A stretch of 61,120 nt of DNA, the filler included. It is 5 parts of 5 records of this genome, joined end to end, with 100 filler letters (N's around TTAATTAATTAA, not from the genome) between each part and the next. Parts side by side here need not be neighbours in the genome. Positions count along the whole stretch, not along the records: positions 1 to 15,747 come from SRR2962707_1556; positions 15,848 to 30,808 come from SRR2962707_1559; 3 more parts are not named here. One strand, given 5' to 3'. The translations under genes were made by a program, and so were the position numbers. Positions 8,741 to 17,886 of the stretch are shown one piece after another. Below the pieces are notes generated by a model. The model was not told where the DNA came from. It did not search any database and was given only the letters and a program-made list of their open reading frames with translations. Position 1 is the first letter of the stretch. Every line of letters begins with the position of its first letter.

Positions 8741-9712
8741 TCAGTTCCGGTTGTCGAGGCGGCGGGCGAGCTCTTCCAGTACGGGCTTCAGGCCCTGCTG
8801 GTTTTCCGCAAGCTGCCGGATCAACTGCTGCTCGTTCCGCATCTGCTCGGTCAGCGCCGTGATCTGGCCCGCGAGCGCCATCAGCGAGGAATGCGAGGGA
8901 TCGCCGCCACCGGACGTCAGCGCCTGTTCGATGTTGCGGAGCCGCTTCGCAGTGTCGCCGAGCATGCCGGGAGCGGCGGGGTCGATGCCGCCGGCGAGGT
9001 TGGTCACCGTCGAGAGCCACTCCTCAAGCTCGTTGTAGAAGCGGTTCTGCGCCTGTCCCGCCTGAAGATCGAGAAAGCCGAGAACAAGCGAACCGGCGAG
9101 GCCGAAAAGCGAGGAGGAGAAAGCCGTGCCCATGCCGCGCAGCGGTCCGTCGAGCCCCGCTTTCAGATTGGTGAGGACGTCTGCCGGGTCCGCCGCTTCG
9201 ACATTGAGGCCCTGAATGGTGCCAGCGACGGAGGTCACGGTGTTGAGCAGGCCCCAGAAGGTGCCGAGAAGACCGAGGAAAATCAGCAGGCCGATGATGT
9301 AGCGCGAGATTTCGCGCTGTTCGTCGAGACGGGAGCCGAGCGAGTCGAGGATCGAGCGCATCGACATCGCGTTGAGTTCCATGCGGCCCTTGCGCTCGCC
9401 GAGCATGGTGGCCATCGGCGCGAGGAGGCGTGGCGGCGGCGGAAGCGCGAGGCCGGGGTCCGCGCGGCGGAAATCGTTTACCCAGCGCACTTCCGGGCCA
9501 ATCGACAGCACCTGGCGCAGCGCATAGAGAATGCCGATGGCGAGAACGCCGAGGATCAGACCGTTCAATCCCGGATTGGCGAGAAAGGCGACCTTGATCT
9601 GCGGATAAAGGATGGCGGCAACGAAGCACACGAGAATGACGAACAGCACCATGCGCGTGAGGTATGGACGGGGTTGCGACAGCCCGATGCCCTCCCTGCG
9701 GTCTTTTGCCAT
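8741..9712 (-). CDS. MotA/TolQ/ExbB-like proton-channel subunit (non-flagellar)
   Basis: LGLLGTFWGL and GMGTAFSSSLFG TM motifs. Confidence 0.85.
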   Translation of the reverse strand: MAKDRREGIGLSQPRPYLTRMVLFVILVCFVAAILYPQIKVAFLANPGLNGLILGVLAIGILYALRQVLSIGPEVRWVNDFRRADPGLALPPPPRLLAPMATMLGERKGRMELNAMSMRSILDSLGSRLDEQREISRYIIGLLIFLGLLGTFWGLLNTVTSVAGTIQGLNVEAADPADVLTNLKAGLDGPLRGMGTAFSSSLFGLAGSLVLGFLDLQAGQAQNRFYNELEEWLSTVTNLAGGIDPAAPGMLGDTAKRLRNIEQALTSGGGDPSHSSLMALAGQITALTEQMRNEQQLIRQLAENQQGLKPVLEELARRLDNRN

Positions 9713-9742
9713 GTTCTTCAGCCCCTCTCGTGTATGCGGAAA

Positions 9743-10174
9743 TCAGCCGCCATGTAGTCCGATGTCGACGCGGTCCGGCGGACCGCTGTCCGAGGTTCCC
9801 CCGAGGGCGCGAACCTGAATTCTTTCCGCGACCACTCCGTTGTCGATGAGTTCACGGCGGACGGAAAGTGCGCGGCGGAGCGCGAGACGCCGCGCCGCCG
9901 AAGATGTGTCGTGCGGCGGGCCTGCATAGGCCCGGAGTTCGAGCCTGCCGCTCCGTTTTACGAAGTCCGACGAGAAGGCCTCGATGTTTTCGCGGGCCGT
10001 CTGTCCAAGTGCTGACTCGTTCTCGCTGAATTCGATCCGCAGGAGGGCGGATTTCGGGGGGCTGAGCGGCGCTTCGGCGGCGGATATCTCGCCGCTCATT
10101 CCGATCGCGAACAGCACAACCAGCAAGGGCGCTCCGAAGCGGGCGCGAAGGCTTTTCCAGTGTCTGCCGGTCAT
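9743..10174 (-). CDS. Exported OmpA-like domain protein
   Basis: Signal peptide; ARRLALRRALSVR...RIQVRALG...DRVDI. Confidence 0.75.
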   Translation of the reverse strand: MTGRHWKSLRARFGAPLLVVLFAIGMSGEISAAEAPLSPPKSALLRIEFSENESALGQTARENIEAFSSDFVKRSGRLELRAYAGPPHDTSSAARRLALRRALSVRRELIDNGVVAERIQVRALGGTSDSGPPDRVDIGLHGG

Positions 10175-10309
10175 TCGGATATCCGTGGCGGGCTGGAGCG
10201 GGCGATATTGGCGCTTAGTCTAGGGCCGTTCGCCGCTCGGGAACAGGCCTAGAGGATAACGCCTTAGGGACGGAATCTGGCGGAAATGGGGCTTGGGCGT
10301 GCGGATCGG

Positions 10310-11074
10310 TCAGTAGCCGTCGAACAGGATATCGACGCGATCTTCGGCGGCGTCTCCGCCACCGGCATTTCCCATGCCGCTTGCCCGGACGCGGCCGGAT
10401 CCGATGCCGTGCTCTAGCAGCGCCTGCTGCACGACATGCGCGCGCCGCAAGGCGAGATCGCTTGCCTTCGCATCGTCGCCGGAGGAGCGGTCGGCAAAGC
10501 CGCGGATTTCGACATCGCCGATGCGCTGCGCGAATGTCTGCGCGAAGCCCGCGATGCGGTTCTCCGCACCTCCCGTAAGCGTCGTTTCACCGGGCTCGAA
10601 ATAGATGCGCGCCAGGGTGCCGCGGCCAAGCGTGTCGGGCACATCGTTGCGATAAACATCGTAGGGGCGGTATTCGCCGGTTGCTTGGGACCGCGCGGGG
10701 TCTGACGGGAATGGCTGTCGAGTACCGGAAGGCTGTTGCTGCGCCGGCCCGCTCAGAACGCCAACCGGCTGGGTGACGGCGCGCCCGAGAGAACCGGGTC
10801 CCGAGAACACCGGGCTTTCCGTCACGCTGCGGGTGGTTCCAGATACCGTGTTTCCCACAGACCCGGTTGTCTTCCTGACGGTCTCGCCTGCGCCGGATAC
10901 GGTTTTGCCGACCGTGCCGGTTACATTTTCAAGTGTGTCGCCAACGGGGGAGAGGGGGTCGGCCTGCGGTGCGGGCGACAGGAAAAGCAGCGCTGCCAGA
11001 ACGGCAGGCCCGAGCTTCGTCCAGCGTCCGGCGAAGCGGCGGTGTTCTGCAAGGCCATCCGTTTTCTTTGGCAT
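10310..11074 (-). CDS. Exported OmpA-like domain protein with G/T/V-rich N-terminal region
   Basis: Signal-like segment, low-complexity linker, IRGFAD...LALRRA...DRVDI. Confidence 0.7.
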   Translation of the reverse strand: MPKKTDGLAEHRRFAGRWTKLGPAVLAALLFLSPAPQADPLSPVGDTLENVTGTVGKTVSGAGETVRKTTGSVGNTVSGTTRSVTESPVFSGPGSLGRAVTQPVGVLSGPAQQQPSGTRQPFPSDPARSQATGEYRPYDVYRNDVPDTLGRGTLARIYFEPGETTLTGGAENRIAGFAQTFAQRIGDVEIRGFADRSSGDDAKASDLALRRAHVVQQALLEHGIGSGRVRASGMGNAGGGDAAEDRVDILFDGY

Positions 11075-11201
11075 GTTTTTCGGATCGTTGTGAGCCGTGT
11101 GGGCTTTTCCGAAAGCCTCTGCCGCAAGACTATCACCCGATCACGCGCGGCACAGCGATACCGCGCGCGGCGTGTGCGCCAGTTTCAACGAGATTGGCCG
11201 G

Positions 11202-12005
11202 TTAGGCGGCCTTATGGGCTTTTTTCAGGAGATTGGTGAGCTTGGGGGCGAGCATGTCGTTGCCCGCGATGATGCCGCCGGTGCCGATCATGTTATCGCG
11301 GCCCGCGAGGTCGGTGACGAAGCCGCCCGCTTCGCGCACGAGGACGATGCCGGCGGCGATGTCCCAGGCGGCGAGGTTCGCTTCCCAGTAGGCGTCGAAA
11401 CGCCCGGCTGCCACATAAGCGAGGTCGAGCGCGGCGGAGCCCATCCGCCGCACGCCCGCCACTTCGTTCATCACAGCGCCAAGTTCTGCCATGAAACGCG
11501 GATGGTCGGGCCTGCCGAGATGCGGAATGCCTGTCGCGACAACGGCCTGCGGCAGTTCGCGCCGCGCGGCGACGCGGAGGCGCCGGTCGTTCAGGAAGGC
11601 GCCCTGGCCCTTTTCGCCGGTGAACATCTCATCGGAGATCGGGTTGTAGACGAGGCCCGCGACGAGCTGACCGTCACGCTCGAGCGCAATCGAGATCGAG
11701 AACATCGGGATGCCGTGCAGGAAGTTTGTCGTGCCGTCGAGCGGGTCGATGATCCAGCGGTGGGACTTGTCGCTGCCTTCGACGACGCCGCCTTCTTCCA
11801 TCAGGAAGCTGTAGCCGGGGCGTGCCTTCGACAATTCCTCGAAAAGCGTCTTCTCCGCCTTCTTGTCGGCGGCGGTAACGAAATTCGCGGGACCCTTCAG
11901 CGATACCTGCAGGTTTTCCACCTCGCCAAAGTCGCGCTGCAGGCCGCGCGCCGCTTTCCGGGCGGCGGTGACCATGACGCTCATGGAAGGTGTGTGACGG
12001 GACAT
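11202..12005 (-). CDS. suhB: Inositol monophosphatase family protein
   Basis: WIIDPLDGTTNF and WDIAAG motifs. Confidence 0.92.
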   Translation of the reverse strand: MSRHTPSMSVMVTAARKAARGLQRDFGEVENLQVSLKGPANFVTAADKKAEKTLFEELSKARPGYSFLMEEGGVVEGSDKSHRWIIDPLDGTTNFLHGIPMFSISIALERDGQLVAGLVYNPISDEMFTGEKGQGAFLNDRRLRVAARRELPQAVVATGIPHLGRPDHPRFMAELGAVMNEVAGVRRMGSAALDLAYVAAGRFDAYWEANLAAWDIAAGIVLVREAGGFVTDLAGRDNMIGTGGIIAGNDMLAPKLTNLLKKAHKAA

Positions 12006-12018
12006 CTATCGTTGCCGT

Positions 12019-12582
12019 TCAGTCGGCGCGGCGGAGATAGGTGACTTCGTTCGTATCGACCACGATCCGCTCGCCCGTGGTGATGAAGGGCGGCACCATC
12101 ACGCGGACGCCGTTCTCCAACAGTGCAGGCTTGTAGGAGCTTGTCGCTGTTTGCCCCTTCACGGACGGCTCGGTCTCTGCGATTTCGAGTGTCACCTGAT
12201 CCGGCAGCGAAATGCCGAGCGCTTTGCCCTCGTGGCTCTCGACCGTGACCTTCATGCCGTCCTGAAGAAAGGCGGCGCGGTCGCCGACCCATTCCCTTTG
12301 CAGTTCGATCTGCTCGTAGGTTTCGTTGTCCATGAAGGTCAGCATCCCGTCATTCTCGTAGAGATACTGGTAGTCCTTTTGCTCAAGGCGCACGCGCTCG
12401 ACGGTCTCGGCGGAGCGGAAGCGTTCATTGAGCTTGCGATTGTCGACCAGGTTCTTCAGTTCCACCTGCGCAAAGGCGCCGCCCTTGCCGGGCTTTACGT
12501 GCTGAACCTTGACTGCCGCCCAAAGCCCGCCTTCATGCTCGATGACGTTGCCGGGGCGAATTTCGTTGCCGTTGATCTTCAT
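12019..12582 (-). CDS. efp: Elongation factor P
   Basis: [12 protein letters not shown] and VPPFI motifs. Confidence 0.97.
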   Translation of the reverse strand: MKINGNEIRPGNVIEHEGGLWAAVKVQHVKPGKGGAFAQVELKNLVDNRKLNERFRSAETVERVRLEQKDYQYLYENDGMLTFMDNETYEQIELQREWVGDRAAFLQDGMKVTVESHEGKALGISLPDQVTLEIAETEPSVKGQTATSSYKPALLENGVRVMVPPFITTGERIVVDTNEVTYLRRAD

Positions 12583-12718
12583 GGGACGCTCAAGTTCTTG
12601 GAAAATGGGATCGGGCGGCCGGGCGCGAGGGCCGGAACCGGCGCTCTGATAACATCATGCGGCGGTCATGCACAGGGTATTTCGAGCGATGCGGGCCGGG
12701 GAGGGGTTTTCGGGCGGC

Positions 12719-13798
12719 TCAGTTGTCTGAAGAGGCGGGAGAGGCGGCGGCATTGGCCGCTTCCCATTTTTCGAGCTCGCTGACGACCTTGGCTCGGATT
12801 TCCGGTGTGATTTCCGGCTCCATGGCATTTTTCAGGGTCTCGTCCTTGACGCCGCCGCGCTCGGCGAGCGTCAACCACAGGAGGGCGGCCGCCACATCGC
12901 GGCTCACACCCTGACCGAGGAAATAAAGGCGGGCAAGGCGGTCCTGCGCCAGCGGGTCACCCCGGACGGCGGCCTCGGTGAACCATTTGGCGGCCATCGT
13001 ATCGTTCTTGTCGACGCCGTCGCCGCCAAGATAGGCGAAGCCGAGCGCGGTCTGGGCTCCCGGCACGCCCCGTTCGGCGGCGGTCTTGAAGCGTTGCGCG
13101 GCAGCGGCCAGGTTTTTCTCGACGCCGATCCCGTCCTGAAGCATGAGGCCCAGCTGATAGCTCGCCTGGGCCTGACCGCTATCTGCTGCCATCGCGAAAT
13201 AGCGGGCGGCCTCGCCGTAGTTCTTCGGCTTGCCTTTGCCGGCCGCATAGAGGGTTCCGAGATAATATTGAGCGTTCGAGTTGCCCTTGCCCGCCGCCTT
13301 TTCGAATAATTCCGCCGCGCGAGCGAGGTCCTTGGGTCCGCCGCGGCCGGAGGTGAACATCATCCCGAGTTCGGTCTGGGCCGCGAGGTGCCCCTGATCG
13401 GCGGCGGCCTCGAACTGCTGCCGGGCGGCTTCAGCGGATGCTTCCTTCACGCTGCCATATTCGAGCAGCATGCCGTGCGCATACTGGGCGCTTGCATCGC
13501 CCTGTGCGGCGGCCTTGCCGAACCACTTGGCGGCTTCATCCGGGTCGGGATTTACGCCCTCGCCATTGTTGTAGATCGAACCGAGCATGAGCTGGGCCGA
13601 GACATTGCCCTTTTCGGCAAGCGGCGTGGCGATGAGCAAGGCATCGCTGAAACGGCCCTGACCGTAGGCATCGAGTGCGGGAGCCATCGGGTTCCGATCG
13701 GTTTCGCTTACGGCTTGTCCGCCTTGAGCGCTTGCCTGTCCCACGGGAACAAGCAGGGCGGATGCAAGGAACGCCATCGCCAGAAACAGATGCCTCAT
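12719..13798 (-). CDS. Sel1-like repeat protein
   Basis: Signal peptide then multiple AQxxLGxxY...G.G repeats; start ATG overlaps the thiE stop. Confidence 0.88.
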   Translation of the reverse strand: MRHLFLAMAFLASALLVPVGQASAQGGQAVSETDRNPMAPALDAYGQGRFSDALLIATPLAEKGNVSAQLMLGSIYNNGEGVNPDPDEAAKWFGKAAAQGDASAQYAHGMLLEYGSVKEASAEAARQQFEAAADQGHLAAQTELGMMFTSGRGGPKDLARAAELFEKAAGKGNSNAQYYLGTLYAAGKGKPKNYGEAARYFAMAADSGQAQASYQLGLMLQDGIGVEKNLAAAAQRFKTAAERGVPGAQTALGFAYLGGDGVDKNDTMAAKWFTEAAVRGDPLAQDRLARLYFLGQGVSRDVAAALLWLTLAERGGVKDETLKNAMEPEITPEIRAKVVSELEKWEAANAAASPASSDN

Positions 13799-14454
13799 CG
13801 GGCCGTGCCTTCCTCGATCATGATCCTGTTCAGCGCGCGAACCGCTGCTGCCGGTCCATCCGCATGGGCCCAAACTCCCGACGACACGGCGAGGAAGTCT
13901 GCTCCGGCGCGAACGAGCGGGGCGGCATTGTCGGCAGTAATGCCCCCGATCGCAACGCAAGGCAGTTCGAGGAGTTCCGACCACCAGGTAAGGAGTTCCG
14001 GGCTGGCGCTACTTATAGGGGTTTTTGTGTCGGTTTTATAAAAGGCGCCGAAGGCGACGTAATCCGCGCCTGCTTCGCCCGCTTCCATGGCGAGGTGGCG
14101 TGAGTCATGGCAGGTAACGCCGACGATGCGATCCGCACCGACGATTTTTCGGGCCTGCGCATAGGCCATGTCCGTCTGGCCGATATGAACACCGTCCGCG
14201 CCGAGTTCCGCCGCCAGATCGGGGCGGTCGTTGACAAGGAAGGCAGCGTCGCGGGCCTGCGCCAACGGCATCAAAATTTCGGTTGCCCGGCGGATGGCAT
14301 CGGCGTCGGGCGGGGTTTCGTTTTCGCCCTTCAAGCGGAGTTGCACACAGGCGACATCGCCTGCGTCCAGCGCGGCCTTCAGCGTATCGGCAAAGGCGCG
14401 CGGTTCGAAGCGGGGCGGGGTGATGAGGTAGAGGCGGCAGGCTTGGTCTGACAT
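13795..14454 (-). CDS. thiE: Thiamine-phosphate synthase
   Basis: [19 protein letters not shown] and AIGGI motifs. Confidence 0.88.
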   Translation of the reverse strand: MSDQACRLYLITPPRFEPRAFADTLKAALDAGDVACVQLRLKGENETPPDADAIRRATEILMPLAQARDAAFLVNDRPDLAAELGADGVHIGQTDMAYAQARKIVGADRIVGVTCHDSRHLAMEAGEAGADYVAFGAFYKTDTKTPISSASPELLTWWSELLELPCVAIGGITADNAAPLVRAGADFLAVSSGVWAHADGPAAAVRALNRIMIEEGTAR

Positions 14455-14486
14455 GGCGCTGTTTTAGCTTGTGCCTTCCCAAACGC

Positions 14487-14518
14487 AAAACGCCCCGCTC
14501 AAGGAGAACGGGGCGTTT
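14487..14518 (-). terminator. Intrinsic terminator of fba
   Basis: AAACGCCCCG...CGGGGCGTTT hairpin downstream of the stop. Confidence 0.65.
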
Positions 14519-14537
14519 CGCTTTTGATTGTTGCCGC

Positions 14538-15557
14538 TCAGGCGGCTTTTTCGAGCTTGCTTTCCCAGTCGCCAAGCGCGGCGAGGCCGTTCATCTTGGC
14601 GCGGTGGAGGAAAGCCTTCTGCGCGGCGGCCACATTTTCCGGCTTGCCGCCCCATGCCTTTTGCGGCGCGGCCTGCAGCGCGCGCCCGTAGGAGAAGGAC
14701 ATTTTCCAGGGGAAGCCGCCGACGGCGTTCATGGCGTTCAGATGCGCCGTCGCCGCCTCATCCGACTGGCCGCCCGAGAGATAGACGATGCCGGGAATGG
14801 CGGCGGGCACGGTCCGCTTGAAGCAGGCGATGGTCCGTTCCGCCACTTCCTCGACGCTCGCCTGCGTCGGGCACTTCTTGCCCGAGACAATCATGTTCGG
14901 CTTCAGGATGGTGCCTTCGAGGTTCACCTTGTGAAGAGCGAGGCGATTGAAGACAGCGCGGAGCGTCGCTTCCGTGACCTCGAAGCAGCGCTCAGCGGTG
15001 TGGGCGCCGTCCATCAGCACTTCGGGTTCCACGATCGGAACGATCTTCGCCTGCTGGCACAGCGCTGCGTAGCGCGCGAGAGCTTCGGCGTTCGCCTCGA
15101 TGCAGGCATTGGTCGGGATGCCATCCGCGATGTCGATCACGGCACGCCATTTCGCGAAGCGGGCGCCGAGATCGTAATACTCGGCAAGGCGCTCGCCGAG
15201 ACCGTCGAGGCCTTCGGTGATCGTCTCGCCTGGAAAACCGGCCATCGGCTTCGCGCCGGCATCGACCTTGATGCCGGGAATGGAGCCCGCCTTCTTGATG
15301 AGGTCGACCAGCGGCGTGCCGTCCTTCGCCTTCTGGCGGATCGTCTCGTCATAGAGAATGACGCCGGAAATGTGGTTCTTCATCGCCTCTTCGGTGCGGA
15401 ACAGCAGCTCGCGATAGTCGCGGCGGTTCTCCTCGGTGGAAGCGACGTTGATCGCGTCGAAGCGCTTCTTGATCGTGCCGGAGCTTTCGTCGGCCGCCAG
15501 AATGCCCTTGCCCGGCGCAACCATGGCCTGCGCAATCGATTCAAGCGTTTCAGTCAT
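14538..15557 (-). CDS. fba: Class I fructose-bisphosphate aldolase
   Basis: GKGILAADES, PIVEPEVL, LKPNM and SFSYGRALQ motifs. Confidence 0.95.
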   Translation of the reverse strand: MTETLESIAQAMVAPGKGILAADESSGTIKKRFDAINVASTEENRRDYRELLFRTEEAMKNHISGVILYDETIRQKAKDGTPLVDLIKKAGSIPGIKVDAGAKPMAGFPGETITEGLDGLGERLAEYYDLGARFAKWRAVIDIADGIPTNACIEANAEALARYAALCQQAKIVPIVEPEVLMDGAHTAERCFEVTEATLRAVFNRLALHKVNLEGTILKPNMIVSGKKCPTQASVEEVAERTIACFKRTVPAAIPGIVYLSGGQSDEAATAHLNAMNAVGGFPWKMSFSYGRALQAAPQKAWGGKPENVAAAQKAFLHRAKMNGLAALGDWESKLEKAA

Positions 15558-15747
15558 TTTCTTTCCCTCTCGGTCCCGTTAATCAGCCGCGCGTTCGCTT
15601 CGGCTATTTGCGGCTCAATGCCGCGACGCCCGGTAGTTCGACGCCTTCCATCCATTCGAGGAAGGCCCCGCCTGCGGCGGATACGTAAGTAAAATCCTCG
15701 GCGGCGCCTGCCTCATTCAAGGCGGCCACCGTATCGCCGCCGCCCGC

Positions 15748-15847
15748 NNNNNNNNNNNNNNNNNNNNNNNNNNNNNNNNNNNNNNNNNNNNTTAATTAAT
15801 TAANNNNNNNNNNNNNNNNNNNNNNNNNNNNNNNNNNNNNNNNNNNN
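15748..15847. other. Artificial contig spacer
   Basis: 100-bp N run containing TTAATTAATTAA; composition changes across it. Confidence 0.97.
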
Positions 15848-15880
15848 CCGGGGAGCGCGAGGGGCAGCGCCCCTCGCGCA
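15848..15880. repeat. REP-like palindrome at contig end
   Basis: GCGCGAGGGGC-agc-GCCCCTCGCGC perfect 11-bp hairpin. Confidence 0.6.
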
Positions 15881-15883
15881 TTC

Positions 15884-16240
15884 CTAACTCGGGACATGCG
15901 CCAATACATTCAACAGTTTTCCAGCCGGGTCGCGCAAATAGAAGCGCCGCACGCCCCAAGGCTCCTCTGTCAGATCATACTCGATCCCATGACCAAGGTC
16001 TTTTGCCCGTCGGTACGCCGCGTCCACATCGTCGACTTCGATCGACAAATCCGGCACTTCAGTGCCTGAGCCCCCTTCGGATGCCAGACTGACTTGCACG
16101 GCGGCGTTTTCGCCAGACGCCAGTGTCGCGATCCACCCAAAATCCATCACGATATTCAAATCAAAAAGCTCGATGTAAAACTGCTTCAGCTCCGCGACAT
16201 TCTCAGTGGCAATATTGGCAACGATCCGACGTACGGTCAT
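15884..16240 (-). CDS. VOC/glyoxalase family protein
   Basis: PDLSIEVDD and EPWGVRRFYLRDPAG motifs; GGGAG RBS before ATG 16240. Confidence 0.9.
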   Translation of the reverse strand: MTVRRIVANIATENVAELKQFYIELFDLNIVMDFGWIATLASGENAAVQVSLASEGGSGTEVPDLSIEVDDVDAAYRRAKDLGHGIEYDLTEEPWGVRRFYLRDPAGKLLNVLAHVPS

Positions 16241-16752
16241 TGTGATCTCCCTGTTAATTCGGCGCAAATCCCTGTCTGGCCTCAACGCGATTTTTCTTTT
16301 GATTTCCTTAAGAACTTCGCGCCCAACACTGACAGGCCTGTCAATTTCGGCAACCATGCACCCCTCTTTTCCTGTTTCAGAGTGACCTTACCCTTTTGGC
16401 CGTCACAAAAAACTGCCGTTGTCGGTTACTCTATTTCAAGATTTGGCAGGTTGCTAATCTGCAATAAGAGACCGGCACCCAAAAAGCAGGAAAGCCCATT
16501 ACTTGGTGTGGCCCTCAAAGTTCCCAGAACACCCCGGATAGCAACGCCCTCCATAGCTTAAATTCCATCGGCTATGAAATTCACGACGAGGGCAGCACGT
16601 CTGGACCAAGTAATGAAACGCGTCGGGCTAGTAGCGGTACTTGACGAGCGCAACAGCGCCTCAAAGCATTGAGTTATTGTGAATATCTCTCTTCAGAACC
16701 CGGCCGCATTTAGCGATCAGGATTGCTTCAGCAGGCTGGGTAAGCTCTTAGA

Positions 16753-17835
16753 TCAGCTTCCCGGAAACACAAAGCATCGGTCACGCCGCACTGTCAACCA
16801 AAGCGCGGTCCCCGGTTTGGGCAAAAACACATTCGGGACTGTGGCCTTGAGTATCTGATTGTTAAAGTCCATTCGAAATTCAACAAGGCTCTCTGAGCCC
16901 ATAAACCGAGCCCGTTCCACCAAACCACGGGCTGCAACGCCGCCCATTGGGGTGGGTCTGGGCCCTTGCCCATCCCGATCAAAATCGATCCCAACATGTT
17001 GCGGGCGGAAAACAATTTCTACATCAGCCCCATCTGGCACACCGGGCGCCAGAAACTGGCCAAAGGGTGTGTCGGTCAAGGCGCCCTGAACTTTGCCACA
17101 GATGACGTTCACATCGCTGAAAAAGGCGACGGCAGCTTTGTCAGCCGGGGCATTGTAAATATTATAGGGCGCGCCACGCTGGACGATCCGACCGTCCCGC
17201 ATCAAAGCGATTTCGTCCGCCATGCGCATGGCCTCTTCCGGCTCATGCGTCACCAAAAGCACCGACGTGCCCTCTTCTTTCAACAGGGCCAAAGTCTCGT
17301 CGCGGATTCCATCCCGCAACCGGTTGTCCAGACCCGAGAATGGCTCATCCATCAGCATCACCATCGGGCGCGGGGCCAGAGCACGGGCCAGCGCCACACG
17401 TTGCTGCTCTCCCCCAGAAAGCTGATGCGGGTATTCATCGATAAAATGCAAAAGACCAACGCGGTTCAAAAGCTCTTTGATCCGTGTTGTTTTCTCGGAC
17501 TTGCTGCCAGACAGGCCAAAGGCCACATTCTGGCCAACACTCAGGTGTGGAAACAGTGCAAAGTCTTGAAACATCAGGCCAATTGAGCGCCGCTCGGGCG
17601 GTACGCGCACCACCGTGTCGCAAATCAATTCACCATCAAGATAGATTTCACCGCTGTCTTGCGTGTCCACACCGGCAATCATCCGCAAGGTGGTCGACTT
17701 ACCGCAGCCGGATGGGCCCAAAAGGCAGGTCACATGACCTGGCTGAATGGTTAACGAAACATCGTCAACCACAGGCTTGCCGTCAAAAGACTTAACAAGA
17801 TGCCGAATTTCTAGCCTGGGATCTTGGGCCGCCAC
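16753..17835 (-). CDS. ABC transporter ATP-binding protein (FbpC/PotA-like, probably Fe3+)
   Basis: GPSGCGKST, FQDFALFPHL, LSGGEQQRVALARAL, TOBE-like tail. Confidence 0.88.
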   Translation of the reverse strand: MAAQDPRLEIRHLVKSFDGKPVVDDVSLTIQPGHVTCLLGPSGCGKSTTLRMIAGVDTQDSGEIYLDGELICDTVVRVPPERRSIGLMFQDFALFPHLSVGQNVAFGLSGSKSEKTTRIKELLNRVGLLHFIDEYPHQLSGGEQQRVALARALAPRPMVMLMDEPFSGLDNRLRDGIRDETLALLKEEGTSVLLVTHEPEEAMRMADEIALMRDGRIVQRGAPYNIYNAPADKAAVAFFSDVNVICGKVQGALTDTPFGQFLAPGVPDGADVEIVFRPQHVGIDFDRDGQGPRPTPMGGVAARGLVERARFMGSESLVEFRMDFNNQILKATVPNVFLPKPGTALWLTVRRDRCFVFPGS

Positions 17836-17886
17836 GTCTGCCTCTTCTCATATCCGATGAATTCTATCGGGATTGAAAAGGAGGTA

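Noticed and set aside
7714..9712. Complete Zorya anti-phage system
   Set aside because: No zorC, zorD or zorE, no very long ZorA tail, and housekeeping context; kept only as an orphan motor
14455..14537. TPP riboswitch upstream of thiE
   Set aside because: Gap is short, contains only the fba terminator and lacks the CUGAGA core
15792..15803. TTAATTAATTAA recurring four times, as a possible repeat, CtrA site or att site
   Set aside because: Always centred in N runs; it is a synthetic linker
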